A DNA stretch of 64,000 bases from Escherichia coli (GCF_045037415.1 NZ_CP173438.1); one strand, 5' to 3'; shown: positions 13,774-28,025, counted from the first letter of the stretch. The notes: a model not told the origin generated them from the sequence alone. Translations and numbers: made by a program.

Positions 13774-14564
13774 TCGGTCGACTGCTTCGCGGCGGTTTTA
13801 TGACCGCTATCTACGCGTACCTGTATATCCCAATCATTATTTTGATTGTGAACTCCTTTAACAGCTCGCGCTTTGGCATCAACTGGCAGGGTTTTACCAC
13901 CAAATGGTATAGCCTGCTGATGAACAACGACAGCCTGTTACAGGCAGCGCAGCATTCACTTACAATGGCGGTGTTTTCGGCGACGTTTGCTACGCTTATC
14001 GGTTCACTGACGGCAGTTGCGCTGTACCGTTATCGCTTTCGTGGTAAGCCGTTCGTTAGCGGAATGCTGTTTGTGGTGATGATGTCACCAGATATCGTAA
14101 TGGCGATTTCGCTGCTGGTGCTGTTTATGCTGCTGGGTATTCAGCTTGGCTTCTGGTCGCTGCTGTTCTCGCATATCACCTTCTGCCTGCCATTTGTGGT
14201 AGTGACAGTGTATTCGCGCCTGAAAGGTTTTGACGTGCGAATGCTGGAAGCGGCGAAAGATCTCGGTGCCAGCGAATTTACCATTCTGCGAAAAATCATT
14301 CTGCCACTGGCAATGCCAGCGGTAGCGGCGGGCTGGGTGTTAAGCTTTACCCTGTCGATGGACGACGTGGTGGTTTCTTCGTTTGTCACCGGGCCGAGTT
14401 ATGAAATTCTGCCGTTAAAAATTTATTCGATGGTCAAAGTCGGCGTATCGCCGGAAGTTAACGCGCTGGCAACCATATTACTGGTGCTGTCGCTGGTGAT
14501 GGTAATTGCCAGCCAGCTTATTGCTCGTGATAAAACGAAAGGTAACACAGGGGACGTTAAATGA
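13770..14564 (+). CDS. potC: Spermidine/putrescine ABC transporter permease
   Basis: 264-aa membrane ORF overlapping the potB stop (ATGA). Confidence 0.95.
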   Translation: MIGRLLRGGFMTAIYAYLYIPIIILIVNSFNSSRFGINWQGFTTKWYSLLMNNDSLLQAAQHSLTMAVFSATFATLIGSLTAVALYRYRFRGKPFVSGMLFVVMMSPDIVMAISLLVLFMLLGIQLGFWSLLFSHITFCLPFVVVTVYSRLKGFDVRMLEAAKDLGASEFTILRKIILPLAMPAVAAGWVLSFTLSMDDVVVSSFVTGPSYEILPLKIYSMVKVGVSPEVNALATILLVLSLVMVIASQLIARDKTKGNTGDVK

Positions 14565-15607
14565 AAAAATGGTCACGCCACCTGCTCGCGGCGGGTGCTC
14601 TGGCACTGGGCATGAGCGCCGCTCACGCCGATGACAACAACACGCTGTATTTCTACAACTGGACCGAGTACGTGCCGCCAGGACTGCTTGAACAGTTCAC
14701 CAAAGAAACCGGTATTAAGGTTATCTATTCGACTTACGAGTCGAACGAAACCATGTACGCGAAGCTGAAAACGTACAAAGACGGTGCCTATGACCTGGTG
14801 GTTCCTTCAACCTATTACGTCGATAAAATGCGTAAAGAAGGGATGATCCAGAAGATCGACAAGTCGAAGTTAAGCAATTTCAGCAACCTCGATCCAGACA
14901 TGCTCAACAAGCCGTTTGACCCGAATAACGACTATTCCATTCCGTATATCTGGGGTGCGACGGCGATTGGCGTTAACGGTGATGCGGTGGATCCGAAATC
15001 TGTCACCAGCTGGGCCGATCTGTGGAAGCCTGAGTACAAAGGCAGCCTGCTGCTGACCGACGATGCCCGTGAAGTGTTCCAGATGGCGCTGCGTAAGCTG
15101 GGCTACTCCGGTAACACCACCGATCCGAAAGAGATTGAAGCTGCATACAACGAGCTGAAAAAGCTGATGCCAAACGTCGCGGCGTTTAACTCCGATAACC
15201 CGGCGAACCCGTATATGGAAGGCGAAGTTAACCTCGGCATGATCTGGAACGGTTCTGCTTTCGTTGCACGCCAGGCGGGTACGCCAATTGATGTGGTGTG
15301 GCCGAAAGAAGGCGGTATTTTCTGGATGGACAGCCTGGCGATCCCGGCAAATGCCAAAAACAAAGAAGGCGCGCTGAAATTGATCAACTTCCTGCTGCGC
15401 CCGGATGTGGCAAAACAGGTTGCTGAAACTATCGGTTATCCAACGCCAAACCTTGCGGCGCGTAAGCTGTTAAGTCCGGAAGTGGCGAACGATAAAACGC
15501 TCTACCCGGATGCTGAAACCATTAAAAATGGTGAATGGCAGAATGACGTTGGCGCAGCCAGCAGCATTTATGAAGAGTATTATCAGAAGCTGAAAGCAGG
15601 ACGTTAA
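14561..15607 (+). CDS. potD: Spermidine/putrescine periplasmic binding protein
   Basis: 348-aa ORF with signal peptide MKKWSRHLLAAGALALGMSAAHA; overlaps the potC stop. Confidence 0.96.
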   Translation: MKKWSRHLLAAGALALGMSAAHADDNNTLYFYNWTEYVPPGLLEQFTKETGIKVIYSTYESNETMYAKLKTYKDGAYDLVVPSTYYVDKMRKEGMIQKIDKSKLSNFSNLDPDMLNKPFDPNNDYSIPYIWGATAIGVNGDAVDPKSVTSWADLWKPEYKGSLLLTDDAREVFQMALRKLGYSGNTTDPKEIEAAYNELKKLMPNVAAFNSDNPANPYMEGEVNLGMIWNGSAFVARQAGTPIDVVWPKEGGIFWMDSLAIPANAKNKEGALKLINFLLRPDVAKQVAETIGYPTPNLAARKLLSPEVANDKTLYPDAETIKNGEWQNDVGAASSIYEEYYQKLKAGR

Positions 15608-15611
15608 TTCA

Positions 15612-15648
15612 GCAAGCGGGCGGTGATATTACCGCCCGTTTTTTATTT
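15612..15648 (+). terminator. Rho-independent terminator of the potABCD operon
   Basis: GCGGGCGGT-GATATT-ACCGCCCG hairpin followed by TTTTTTATTT, 5 nt after the potD stop. Confidence 0.8.
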
Positions 15649-15664
15649 AGCAAGGATGTGGCTA

Positions 15665-16126
15665 ATGAGCCAGGACAGTAGAGTTTTCTTTCGTATATTC
15701 TTCGGTATCGGTCTGGTACTGATCCTCATTTCTGTTGTTATCTTTTATAACCAGTTCACCTATAGCAAAGACGCGATTCATACTGAAGGCGTCATTGTTG
15801 ATACCGTCTGGCACTCCAGTCATTCTCATCGCACGGGTAAAAATGGTTCGTGGTATCCCGTCGTTGCCTTTCGTCCGACGCCAGATTACACGCTAATTTT
15901 CAATTCGAGTATTGGCAGCGATTTTTATGAAGGCAGCGAAGGCGATAAAGTTAATGTTTATTATTCTCCAGGACATCCTGAAAAGGCTGAGATAAATAAC
16001 CCGTGGGTTAATTTTTTTAAATGGGGGTTTATCGGCATTATGGGCGTTATTTTTATCTCCGTCGGTTTATTAATCAGTATGCCCTCCTCTAAAAAGACAC
16101 GCAGGAAACGGAAGTCCCGCCCATGA
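15665..16126 (+). CDS. ymfA: Inner membrane protein YmfA (unknown function)
   Basis: [30 protein letters not shown]...; two hydrophobic segments; start at the MSQD methionine gives 153 aa. Confidence 0.8.
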   Translation: MSQDSRVFFRIFFGIGLVLILISVVIFYNQFTYSKDAIHTEGVIVDTVWHSSHSHRTGKNGSWYPVVAFRPTPDYTLIFNSSIGSDFYEGSEGDKVNVYYSPGHPEKAEINNPWVNFFKWGFIGIMGVIFISVGLLISMPSSKKTRRKRKSRP

Positions 16127-16911
16127 AAAAAATCATAATATTGCTCAGTTTACTGATACTCCTGCCTCTGACGGCAACCAGTAAGCCCTTAATTCCAATA
16201 ATGAAGACACTTTTTACGGATGTTACCGGTACTGTACCAGATGCTGAAGAGATCGCGCATAAAGCCGAGCTTTTTCGCCAACAAACCGGAGTTGCACCGT
16301 TTATTGTGGTTTTACCCGACATTAATAATGAAGCCAGTCTCAGGCAAAATGGCAAAGCGATGCTGGCGCATGCGGCATCTTCAATGAGTAATGTAAAAGG
16401 AAGTGTTCTGTTACTCTTTACTACCCGCGAGCCACGGTTAATTATGATAACCAACGGCCAGGTTGAAAGCGGTCTGGACGATAAACATCTCGGCCTTCTG
16501 GTAGAAAATCACACGCTGGCTTATTTACATGCGGACCTCTGGTATCAGGGTATCAATAATGCATTGGCTGTTTTACAAGCACAGATATTAAAACAACCGA
16601 CGCCACCACTGACATATTATCCGCATCCCGGACAACAGCATGAAAATGATCCACCCGGCAGTACCACGACATTAGGCCTTTTTGCCTGGGCAGTTGCATT
16701 CATCGTCTTTGCTGCATTTTTTAACTACACAACGCGCCTTTATTATGCGTTAAAATTTGCAGTGGCGATGGCTGTTGCCAATATGGGTTATCAGGCTTTA
16801 TGTTTGTATATCGATAACAGCTTTGCGATTACCAGAATATCGCCACTCTGGGCAGGGCTGATTGGTGTCTGTACGTTTATTGCCGCGTTACTATGGACGA
16901 GTAAACGGTAA
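16123..16911 (+). CDS. ycfZ: Inner membrane protein YcfZ (unknown function)
   Basis: 262-aa ORF with N-terminal signal/TM and C-terminal TM segments; start overlaps the ymfA stop (ATGA). Confidence 0.85.
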   Translation: MKKIIILLSLLILLPLTATSKPLIPIMKTLFTDVTGTVPDAEEIAHKAELFRQQTGVAPFIVVLPDINNEASLRQNGKAMLAHAASSMSNVKGSVLLLFTTREPRLIMITNGQVESGLDDKHLGLLVENHTLAYLHADLWYQGINNALAVLQAQILKQPTPPLTYYPHPGQQHENDPPGSTTTLGLFAWAVAFIVFAAFFNYTTRLYYALKFAVAMAVANMGYQALCLYIDNSFAITRISPLWAGLIGVCTFIAALLWTSKR

Positions 16912-16937
16912 AAGAGGCAGTAAAGTTCGCGTGTATT

Positions 16938-17037
16938 ATGCCGGATGCGGCGCGAACGCCTTATCCGGCCCACAAAACCCGCAAATTCAATTAATTGCGC
17001 CCCTTCACAGGCCTGACAAGCGTAGCGCATCAGGCAA
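16938..17037. repeat. REP/BIME element (two REP units)
   Basis: GCCGGATGCGGCGCGAACGCCTTATCCGGCC and GCCTGACAAGCGTAGCGCATCAGGC, typical E. coli REP palindromes between the convergent ycfZ and cobB. Confidence 0.85.
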
Positions 17038-17048
17038 TTTTTCCCGCT

Positions 17049-17870
17049 TTATAATCCCTTCAGCAACTTTTCAACAAACTCTGGCACCACCTGGCTTGCC
17101 GGACCGTAATATTTCTCGGCAAATTCATTACCAACCTGACTCGGTTCAAGATTCAGTTCCACGGTGTGCGCGCCATGCAGTTTCGCTTCGTGAACAAACC
17201 CAGCCGCCGGATAAACATGCCCCGAAGTACCAATGGCAATGAAAATATCGGCCATCGACAACGCCATATAAATTTCATCCATGCCGAGTGGCATTTCGCC
17301 AAACCACACTACGTGCGGGCGCAAGGGTGCCGGGAACTGGCAACAATGGCATTTATCTTCTGGCGTAACGTCTCCGGTCCAGTCGAGGACCTGGCCACTT
17401 TGCGAACAACGTACTTTCAGCAATTCCCCATGCATATGAATCACATTGGTATTGCCTGCGCGTTCATGCAGGTTATCGATATTTTGCGTCACCAGCAAAA
17501 AGCGATCGCCGAGAGCATCTTGCAGTTTCGCCAGCGCAAGATGTGCAGCGTTAGGCTGAATTTCTGGCTGCTGCAACTGTCGACGACGGGCGTTATAAAA
17601 CGTTTGCACCAGTTCAGGATCGCGATCAAAACCTTCCGGCGTTGCCACATCTTCAACCCGATGTTCTTCCCACAGGCCATCTGCGGCGCGAAAGGTACGA
17701 ATACCTGATTCCGCAGAAATCCCTGCCCCTGTCAGTACGAGTACTCTTGGTTTTTCCATTGCTTCCGGCACCACTTTATCTCTGAAAAAAATACGCTGAC
17801 GCAAACGCTCGCGCAGGCGGCGTTTATTTTTACGAAAACGACTTAACCGATGACCCCGACGCGACAGCAT
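17049..17870 (-). CDS. cobB: NAD-dependent protein deacylase (sirtuin) CobB, long isoform
   Basis: 273-aa ORF; Arg/Lys-rich N-terminal extension then [24 protein letters not shown] (Rossmann GAGISAESG) and a Zn-binding Cys cluster. A short isoform would start at the internal Met (about 17759). Confidence 0.93.
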   Translation of the reverse strand: MLSRRGHRLSRFRKNKRRLRERLRQRIFFRDKVVPEAMEKPRVLVLTGAGISAESGIRTFRAADGLWEEHRVEDVATPEGFDRDPELVQTFYNARRRQLQQPEIQPNAAHLALAKLQDALGDRFLLVTQNIDNLHERAGNTNVIHMHGELLKVRCSQSGQVLDWTGDVTPEDKCHCCQFPAPLRPHVVWFGEMPLGMDEIYMALSMADIFIAIGTSGHVYPAAGFVHEAKLHGAHTVELNLEPSQVGNEFAEKYYGPASQVVPEFVEKLLKGL

Positions 17871-17885
17871 AGCAACCTCTGTTGA

Positions 17886-18797
17886 TTAATCGGTTAGATG
17901 TAGGAAGGCCGCACCACGCATTCCTCCCGCATCACCGTGGCGCGCGCGTTCAATGCGCGGAACACGAGCTACAGGTAAGAGATGACGAGGCAACCTTTCC
18001 GCCAGTTGCGTTGTGATTGCCGGGAAATTCGATAAGCCACCACCAATGACGACCAGGTCAGGGTCAACAATGGTCAGGATATTTCCCAGACAAACCGCTA
18101 ATAAATCCAGATAACGCTCAACGTGCGCCCTTGCCTGCTCATCGCCTTGATCATAAAGCGCAATGATCTCAGGAGCCTGCAACGGTTGATGATAATAGTG
18201 TTGATACAGCCACGCAAAACCGCGACCAGACAGATAATTTTCAATGCAGCCATGCTGACCACAGCCGCAGCGGCGTAACGGGAAATCCAGCCCCATCATG
18301 GTTAACGCATCAACCGGCAGACGCATATGGCCAAACTCGCCGGTAATATAGCTTTTACCGGTAATTGGTTTACCGTTGAAAATCAGCCCGCCGCCAACGC
18401 CGGTGCCGAGAATCAACCCCATCACCAGTGGATATTGAGTAAATTCATCATCCCATGCTTCAGAAAGGGCAAAACAGTTGGCATCGTTATCAAGGCGTAC
18501 ATCGCGATCAAGACGTGCGCTCAGGTCGGCACGCAGCGGTTTACCGCTGGCAGCAGGGACATTGGCGGCATACAGCGTACCATCTTCTGTTTCCGGCATA
18601 CCCGGAATACCAATGCCGACAGAACCTTTACAGCCAAAACGTTGGTCAGCTTCGGCTACCAGCTCGCACACTGCATCTAAAAATGCGTCATAGCTGTCAC
18701 GCGGTGTCGGCACCCGCTTTTCCCACTGCAACTGCCGACCGCTATCAAACACGCCTAGCGCAATTTTTGTTCCACCAATATCAAACCCGTAATACAT
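17886..18797 (-). CDS. nagK: N-acetyl-D-glucosamine kinase
   Basis: [18 protein letters not shown]... ROK-family kinase; start at MYYGF gives 303 aa. Confidence 0.93.
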   Translation of the reverse strand: MYYGFDIGGTKIALGVFDSGRQLQWEKRVPTPRDSYDAFLDAVCELVAEADQRFGCKGSVGIGIPGMPETEDGTLYAANVPAASGKPLRADLSARLDRDVRLDNDANCFALSEAWDDEFTQYPLVMGLILGTGVGGGLIFNGKPITGKSYITGEFGHMRLPVDALTMMGLDFPLRRCGCGQHGCIENYLSGRGFAWLYQHYYHQPLQAPEIIALYDQGDEQARAHVERYLDLLAVCLGNILTIVDPDLVVIGGGLSNFPAITTQLAERLPRHLLPVARVPRIERARHGDAGGMRGAAFLHLTD

Positions 18798-18825
18798 TGC
18801 CGCTCCTTGTTTTAATGTACTGCCT

Positions 18826-22074
<3,249 letters not shown>

Positions 22075-22223
22075 TCAATCGGCTAAAGTGCCTCATTTTA
22101 TCATCGGCCATGTGGCCTGATCTTTATCTGAAAAATAACCAAATACAGACAGATACGCATTACACCACGCGACTCGCCCCGCAGGATCAACCGCATGTTA
22201 AATAAAAAGAGCGTGTTGTCCCG

Positions 22224-23297
22224 ATGAAACAAAAAGAGCTATGGATTAACCAGATCAAAGGGTTATGTATTTGTCTGGTGGTGATTTATCACTCGGTCAT
22301 TACCTTTTATCCGCATCTGACCACTTTTCAGCATCCGTTATCGGAAGTCCTGAGCAAATGCTGGATCTATTTCAATCTTTACCTTGCACCCTTTCGTATG
22401 CCGGTTTTTTTCTTTATCTCTGGCTATTTGATTCGCCGCTATATCGACAGCGTACCGTGGGGAAATTGTCTCGATAAACGCATCTGGAACATCTTCTGGG
22501 TGCTGGCGCTTTGGGGCGTGGTGCAGTGGCTGGCGTTAAGTGCGCTGAACCAGTGGCTGGCACCTGAGCGCGATTTAAGCAATGCCTCCAATGCCGCTTA
22601 TGCCGATTCCACCGGTGAGTTCCTGCACGGGATGATCACCGCCAGCACCAGCTTGTGGTATCTGTATGCGTTAATTGTCTATTTCGTGATATGTAAAATT
22701 TTTAACCCCCTGGCCCTGCCGTTATTTGTTCTGTTTGTACTGATGAGTGTGGCTGTTAATTTCGTACCCACACCGTGGTGGGGAATGAACAGTGTGATCC
22801 GCAATTTGCCTTATTACAGCCTTGGCGCATGGTTTGGCGCAACATTAATGACCTGTGTTAAAGCGGTACCGTTGCGCCGCCATCTGCTGATGGCTTCTTT
22901 GCTGACCGTTCTGGCGGTCGGTGCCTGGTTGTTTAATATCTCGCTGCTGTTGTCGCTGGTATCGATTGTGGTAATCATGAAGCTGTTTTATCAGTACGAG
23001 CAGCGTTTCGGTATGCGTTCCTCCAGCCTGCTGAATGTGATTGGCTCCAACACCATTGCTATCTATACCACCCATCGCATTCTGGTAGAAATATTCAGCT
23101 TAAGCCTGATTCCGCAAATGAACGCGGTACGCTGGTCGCCGCAAGTCGAACTGACGCTCCTGCTGATTTACCCCTTTGTCAGTTTGTTGATTTGTACTGT
23201 TGCGGGCTTGCTGGTAAGAAAACTTTCACAGCGCGCATTCAGCGATCTGTTGTTCTCCCCGCCTTCTCTGCCCGCTACCGTCAGTTACTCCCGCTAA
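22224..23297 (+). CDS. ycfT: Acyltransferase family 3 inner membrane protein YcfT (unknown function)
   Basis: 357-aa polytopic membrane ORF divergent from lolC. Confidence 0.85.
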   Translation: MKQKELWINQIKGLCICLVVIYHSVITFYPHLTTFQHPLSEVLSKCWIYFNLYLAPFRMPVFFFISGYLIRRYIDSVPWGNCLDKRIWNIFWVLALWGVVQWLALSALNQWLAPERDLSNASNAAYADSTGEFLHGMITASTSLWYLYALIVYFVICKIFNPLALPLFVLFVLMSVAVNFVPTPWWGMNSVIRNLPYYSLGAWFGATLMTCVKAVPLRRHLLMASLLTVLAVGAWLFNISLLLSLVSIVVIMKLFYQYEQRFGMRSSSLLNVIGSNTIAIYTTHRILVEIFSLSLIPQMNAVRWSPQVELTLLLIYPFVSLLICTVAGLLVRKLSQRAFSDLLFSPPSLPATVSYSR

Positions 23298-23423
23298 GCC
23301 ATCGCCCCAGCCGGGGCGATTCAATTTGCTAAACCATGTCGATTACGGATAATGAACAGCATTGCTTATCAGAGATATGCCCCATATGTTGAGGCATATC
23401 CTAACGAGAATCTGACAACCGTT

Positions 23424-26400
23424 ATGCCTGAACAATATCGTTATACGCTGCCCGTCAAAGCGGGTGAGCAGCGTCTGCTGGGCGAGTTAACCGGCGCTGC
23501 CTGCGCGACGCTGGTAGCAGAAATTGCCGAACGTCACGCCGGTCCGGTGGTACTCATTGCACCAGATATGCAAAATGCTCTGCGTTTGCATGATGAAATC
23601 AGCCAGTTCACCGATCAGATGGTGATGAATCTGGCGGACTGGGAAACCCTCCCTTACGACAGTTTTTCGCCTCATCAGGACATTATCTCCTCGCGTCTTT
23701 CCACCCTTTACCAGTTACCATCGATGCAGCGTGGCGTACTGATTGTTCCGGTGAATACGCTTATGCAGCGCGTTTGCCCGCACAGCTTTCTCCACGGTCA
23801 TGCGCTGGTGATGAAAAAAGGTCAGCGCCTGTCACGAGATGCATTACGAACCCAACTGGACAGCGCCGGTTATCGCCATGTTGACCAGGTGATGGAGCAC
23901 GGCGAATACGCCACGCGCGGCGCGTTGTTGGATCTCTTCCCGATGGGGAGTGAGCTGCCTTATCGTCTTGATTTCTTTGATGATGAAATCGACAGCCTGC
24001 GGGTGTTTGACGTCGATAGCCAGCGCACGCTGGAGGAAGTAGAAGCGATCAATCTGTTGCCCGCGCACGAATTTCCGACCGATAAAGCGGCAATTGAACT
24101 GTTCCGCAGCCAGTGGCGTGATACCTTCGAAGTGAAGCGCGACCCGGAACATATTTATCAGCAAGTGAGTAAAGGCACATTACCTGCCGGGATCGAGTAC
24201 TGGCAGCCGCTATTCTTCAGCGAACCGCTGCCGCCACTGTTCAGTTATTTCCCTGCCAATACGCTGTTGGTGAATACTGGCGATCTGGAAAACAGTGCCG
24301 AACGTTTCCAGGCTGACACGCTCGCGCGTTTTGAGAATCGCGGCATCGACCCAATGCGCCCACTGTTGCCACCACAATCGCTCTGGCTGCGGGTGGATGA
24401 GCTCTTCTCAGAGCTGAAAAACTGGCCCCGTGTGCAGCTAAAAACTGAACATTTACCGACAAAAGCAGCGAATGCCAATTTAGGTTTCCAGAAACTGCCA
24501 GACCTGGCCATTCAGGCACAACAAAAAGCGCCGCTGGATGCGCTGCGTAAGTTCCTCGAGTCTTTCGACGGTCCGGTGGTGTTCTCGGTAGAAAGTGAAG
24601 GCCGCCGTGAAGCGTTGGGTGAACTGCTCGCGCGAATTAAAATTGCTCCGCAACGCATTATGCGTCTTGATGAAGCCAGCGACCGTGGGCGTTATCTGAT
24701 GATTGGCGCTGCAGAGCATGGTTTTGTCGATACGGTACGTAATCTGGCGCTGATTTGCGAAAGCGATCTGCTCGGTGAACGCGTTGCCCGTCGTCGTCAG
24801 GATTCTCGCCGCGCCATCAACCCCGATACACTGATCCGTAACCTTGCGGAGCTGCATATTGGTCAGCCGGTGGTCCATCTGGAGCACGGCGTCGGTCGTT
24901 ATGCCGGAATGACCACGCTCGAAGCTGGAGGCATTACTGGCGAGTATTTGATGCTCACCTATGCCAACGACGCCAAACTGTATGTTCCGGTGTCGTCACT
25001 GCATCTGATTAGCCGTTACGCGGGTGGCGCAGAAGAAAACGCACCACTGCATAAACTTGGTGGCGATGCCTGGTCACGCGCGCGGCAGAAAGCGGCGGAA
25101 AAAGTGCGTGATGTGGCGGCGGAATTGCTGGATATCTACGCGCAACGCGCCGCCAAAGAGGGCTTCGCGTTTAAACACGATCGCGAGCAGTATCAGTTGT
25201 TCTGCGACAGCTTCCCGTTTGAAACCACGCCGGATCAGGCGCAGGCCATTAATGCGGTGCTTAGTGACATGTGTCAGCCGCTGGCAATGGATCGTCTGGT
25301 GTGCGGCGATGTTGGCTTTGGTAAAACAGAAGTGGCGATGCGCGCCGCTTTCATGGCGGTAGATAACCACAAACAGGTGGCGGTGCTGGTGCCTACCACC
25401 CTTCTCGCGCAGCAGCATTACGACAACTTCCGCGACCGTTTCGCCAACTGGCCGGTACGTATCGAAATGATCTCCCGTTTCCGCAGCGCCAAAGAGCAGA
25501 CGCAAATCCTTGCGGAAGTGGCGGAAGGGAAAATTGATATTCTGATCGGTACGCACAAACTGCTGCAAAGTGACGTCAAGTTTAAAGATTTAGGCCTGCT
25601 GATTGTCGATGAAGAACACCGCTTCGGGGTGCGTCATAAAGAGCGCATTAAAGCGATGCGCGCGAACGTGGATATTCTGACGCTTACCGCAACGCCGATC
25701 CCACGTACGCTGAATATGGCAATGAGCGGAATGCGCGATCTGTCGATTATCGCCACGCCGCCCGCCCGTCGTCTGGCAGTTAAAACCTTTGTCCGTGAGT
25801 ATGACAGTCTGGTGGTCCGGGAGGCGATCCTGCGTGAAATTTTGCGCGGAGGACAGGTTTATTATCTCTACAATGATGTGGAAAACATCCAGAAAGCCGC
25901 CGAACGGCTGGCAGAACTGGTACCTGAAGCGCGGATTGCTATCGGTCACGGGCAAATGCGTGAGCGCGAACTGGAACGGGTGATGAATGATTTCCATCAT
26001 CAACGTTTCAACGTGCTGGTTTGTACCACCATTATCGAAACCGGGATCGACATTCCTACCGCCAACACCATTATCATTGAACGCGCGGATCACTTCGGTC
26101 TGGCACAGTTGCACCAGTTGCGCGGTCGCGTCGGGCGTTCGCACCACCAGGCATATGCATGGCTGCTGACGCCGCATCCAAAAGCGATGACTACCGATGC
26201 GCAAAAACGTCTTGAAGCGATTGCCTCGCTGGAAGATCTCGGTGCAGGTTTTGCGCTGGCAACGCACGATCTGGAGATCCGCGGCGCGGGTGAACTGCTT
26301 GGCGAAGAACAAAGCGGCTCAATGGAAACCATCGGTTTCTCGCTGTATATGGAGTTGCTGGAAAACGCCGTCGATGCGCTGAAAGCCGGACGCGAGCCGT

Positions 26401-26870
26401 CGCTGGAAGATCTCACCAGCCAGCAAACAGAAGTCGAGCTGCGGATGCCGTCGCTATTGCCAGATGATTTCATCCCTGACGTGAACACGCGTCTGTCGTT
26501 CTACAAACGTATTGCCAGCGCCAAAACGGAAAACGAACTGGAAGAGATCAAAGTCGAGCTTATCGATCGCTTCGGCCTGCTGCCGGATCCGGCGCGTACC
26601 CTGCTGGATATTGCCCGTCTGCGCCAGCAAGCGCAGAAACTGGGGATCAGGAAGCTGGAAGGTAATGAGAAAGGCGGCGTGATCGAATTTGCCGAGAAGA
26701 ATCACGTTAATCCGGCCTGGTTGATTGGTTTGCTGCAAAAACAGCCGCAGCATTACCGCCTTGATGGTCCGACGCGTCTGAAGTTTATTCAGGATTTGAG
26801 CGAGCGGAAAACGCGTATCGAATGGGTACGCCAGTTTATGCGTGAACTGGAAGAGAACGCGATCGCTTAA
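23424..26870 (+). CDS. mfd: Transcription-repair coupling factor
   Basis: MPEQYRYTLPVKAGEQRLLGELTG...; superfamily-2 helicase motifs (GDVGFGKTEVAMRAA, DEEHRFG); 1148 aa from the MPEQ start. Confidence 0.96.
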   Translation: MPEQYRYTLPVKAGEQRLLGELTGAACATLVAEIAERHAGPVVLIAPDMQNALRLHDEISQFTDQMVMNLADWETLPYDSFSPHQDIISSRLSTLYQLPSMQRGVLIVPVNTLMQRVCPHSFLHGHALVMKKGQRLSRDALRTQLDSAGYRHVDQVMEHGEYATRGALLDLFPMGSELPYRLDFFDDEIDSLRVFDVDSQRTLEEVEAINLLPAHEFPTDKAAIELFRSQWRDTFEVKRDPEHIYQQVSKGTLPAGIEYWQPLFFSEPLPPLFSYFPANTLLVNTGDLENSAERFQADTLARFENRGIDPMRPLLPPQSLWLRVDELFSELKNWPRVQLKTEHLPTKAANANLGFQKLPDLAIQAQQKAPLDALRKFLESFDGPVVFSVESEGRREALGELLARIKIAPQRIMRLDEASDRGRYLMIGAAEHGFVDTVRNLALICESDLLGERVARRRQDSRRAINPDTLIRNLAELHIGQPVVHLEHGVGRYAGMTTLEAGGITGEYLMLTYANDAKLYVPVSSLHLISRYAGGAEENAPLHKLGGDAWSRARQKAAEKVRDVAAELLDIYAQRAAKEGFAFKHDREQYQLFCDSFPFETTPDQAQAINAVLSDMCQPLAMDRLVCGDVGFGKTEVAMRAAFMAVDNHKQVAVLVPTTLLAQQHYDNFRDRFANWPVRIEMISRFRSAKEQTQILAEVAEGKIDILIGTHKLLQSDVKFKDLGLLIVDEEHRFGVRHKERIKAMRANVDILTLTATPIPRTLNMAMSGMRDLSIIATPPARRLAVKTFVREYDSLVVREAILREILRGGQVYYLYNDVENIQKAAERLAELVPEARIAIGHGQMRERELERVMNDFHHQRFNVLVCTTIIETGIDIPTANTIIIERADHFGLAQLHQLRGRVGRSHHQAYAWLLTPHPKAMTTDAQKRLEAIASLEDLGAGFALATHDLEIRGAGELLGEEQSGSMETIGFSLYMELLENAVDALKAGREPSLEDLTSQQTEVELRMPSLLPDDFIPDVNTRLSFYKRIASAKTENELEEIKVELIDRFGLLPDPARTLLDIARLRQQAQKLGIRKLEGNEKGGVIEFAEKNHVNPAWLIGLLQKQPQHYRLDGPTRLKFIQDLSERKTRIEWVRQFMRELEENAIA

Positions 26871-27012
26871 TGGTAAATCGGGGGCGTTTCTGCGCCCCCA
26901 TCTGCAATATTTACAAATTCTTTGCACTTCCCTGCATTATCCGACACTGTCACCCTCCATAATTCAGACTTACCTTTTTATTACAATAACCTTATATTTA
27001 TTATGGACTTTG

Positions 27013-27975
27013 GTGATGATCAAAACGCGTTTTTCTCGCTGGCTAACATTTTTTACGTTCGCCGCTGCCGTGGCGCTGGCGCTACCGGCAAAAGCCAACA
27101 CCTGGCCGCTGCCGTCAGCAGGCAGTCGTCTGGTTGGTGAAAACAAATTTCATGTTGTGGAAAATGACGGTGGTTCTCTGGAAGCCATCGCCAAAAAATA
27201 TAACGTCGGCTTTCTCGCTCTGTTACAGGCTAACCCCGGCGTTGATCCTTACGTACCGCGCGCGGGTAGCGTGTTAACGATCCCGTTGCAAACCCTACTT
27301 CCAGACGCGCCGCGCGAAGGCATTGTGATCAACATTGCGGAGCTGCGTCTCTATTATTATCCGCCGGGAAAAAATTCGGTAACCGTATATCCCATCGGCA
27401 TTGGTCAATTAGGTGGTGACACGCTGACACCGACAATGGTGACCACCGTTTCTGACAAGCGTGCAAACCCAACCTGGACGCCAACGGCAAACATTCGCGC
27501 GCGGTATAAGGCACAGGGAATTGAGTTGCCTGCGGTAGTTCCGGCTGGACCGGATAACCCAATGGGCCATCATGCGATTCGTCTGGCGGCCTATGGCGGC
27601 GTTTATTTGCTTCACGGTACGAACGCTGATTTCGGCATTGGCATGCGGGTAAGTTCTGGCTGTATTCGTCTGCGGGATGACGATATCAAAACACTCTTTA
27701 GCCAGGTCACCCCAGGCACCAAAGTGAATATCATCAACACCCCGATTAAAGTCTCTGCCGAACCAAACGGTGCGCGTCTGGTTGAAGTACATCAGCCGCT
27801 GTCAGAGAAGATTGATGACGATCCGCAGCTGCTGCCAATTACGCTGAATAGCGCAATGCAATCATTTAAAGATGCAGCACAAACTGACGCTGAAGTGATG
27901 CAACATGTGATGGATGTCCGTTCCGGGATGCCGGTGGATGTCCGCCGTCATCAAGTGAGCCCACAAACTCTGTAA
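27013..27975 (+). CDS. ldtC: L,D-transpeptidase LdtC (YcfS)
   Basis: MIKTRFSRWLTFFTFAAAVALALPAKA signal peptide, LysM region and YkuD catalytic motif (HGTNADFGIGMRVSSGCIRL). The ORF-track 5' extension overlapping mfd is not coding. Confidence 0.9.
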   Translation: MMIKTRFSRWLTFFTFAAAVALALPAKANTWPLPSAGSRLVGENKFHVVENDGGSLEAIAKKYNVGFLALLQANPGVDPYVPRAGSVLTIPLQTLLPDAPREGIVINIAELRLYYYPPGKNSVTVYPIGIGQLGGDTLTPTMVTTVSDKRANPTWTPTANIRARYKAQGIELPAVVPAGPDNPMGHHAIRLAAYGGVYLLHGTNADFGIGMRVSSGCIRLRDDDIKTLFSQVTPGTKVNIINTPIKVSAEPNGARLVEVHQPLSEKIDDDPQLLPITLNSAMQSFKDAAQTDAEVMQHVMDVRSGMPVDVRRHQVSPQTL

Positions 27976-27983
27976 AGCTCGGA

Positions 27984-28025
27984 TAAAAAAATCCCCGCGA
28001 CACGGCATGTCGCGGGGAAAAAAAC
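27984..28025. terminator. Bidirectional rho-independent terminator between ldtC and bhsA
   Basis: CCCCGCGACACGGCATGTCGCGGGG hairpin flanked by an A-run upstream and downstream (a U-tract on either strand). Confidence 0.8.

Noticed and set aside
16938-17037. Possible CRISPR-like repeats
   Set aside because: The repeated palindromes here and at the other listed sites are single or paired REP units scattered across different intergenic regions, not a spacer-separated array; no cas genes are present.
23352-23423. 5' extension of the mfd ORF
   Set aside because: Mfd begins at MPEQYRYTLP (1148 aa); the 24 upstream codons are an in-frame open stretch.
25590-26312. 240-codon ORF antisense to mfd
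   Set aside because: Shadow ORF inside mfd.
26842-27012. 5' extension of the ldtC ORF overlapping the mfd 3' end
   Set aside because: The known LdtC signal peptide (MIKTRFSRWLTFFTFAAAVALALPAKA) begins at 27013/27016; the upstream frame is merely open and overlaps the mfd terminator.
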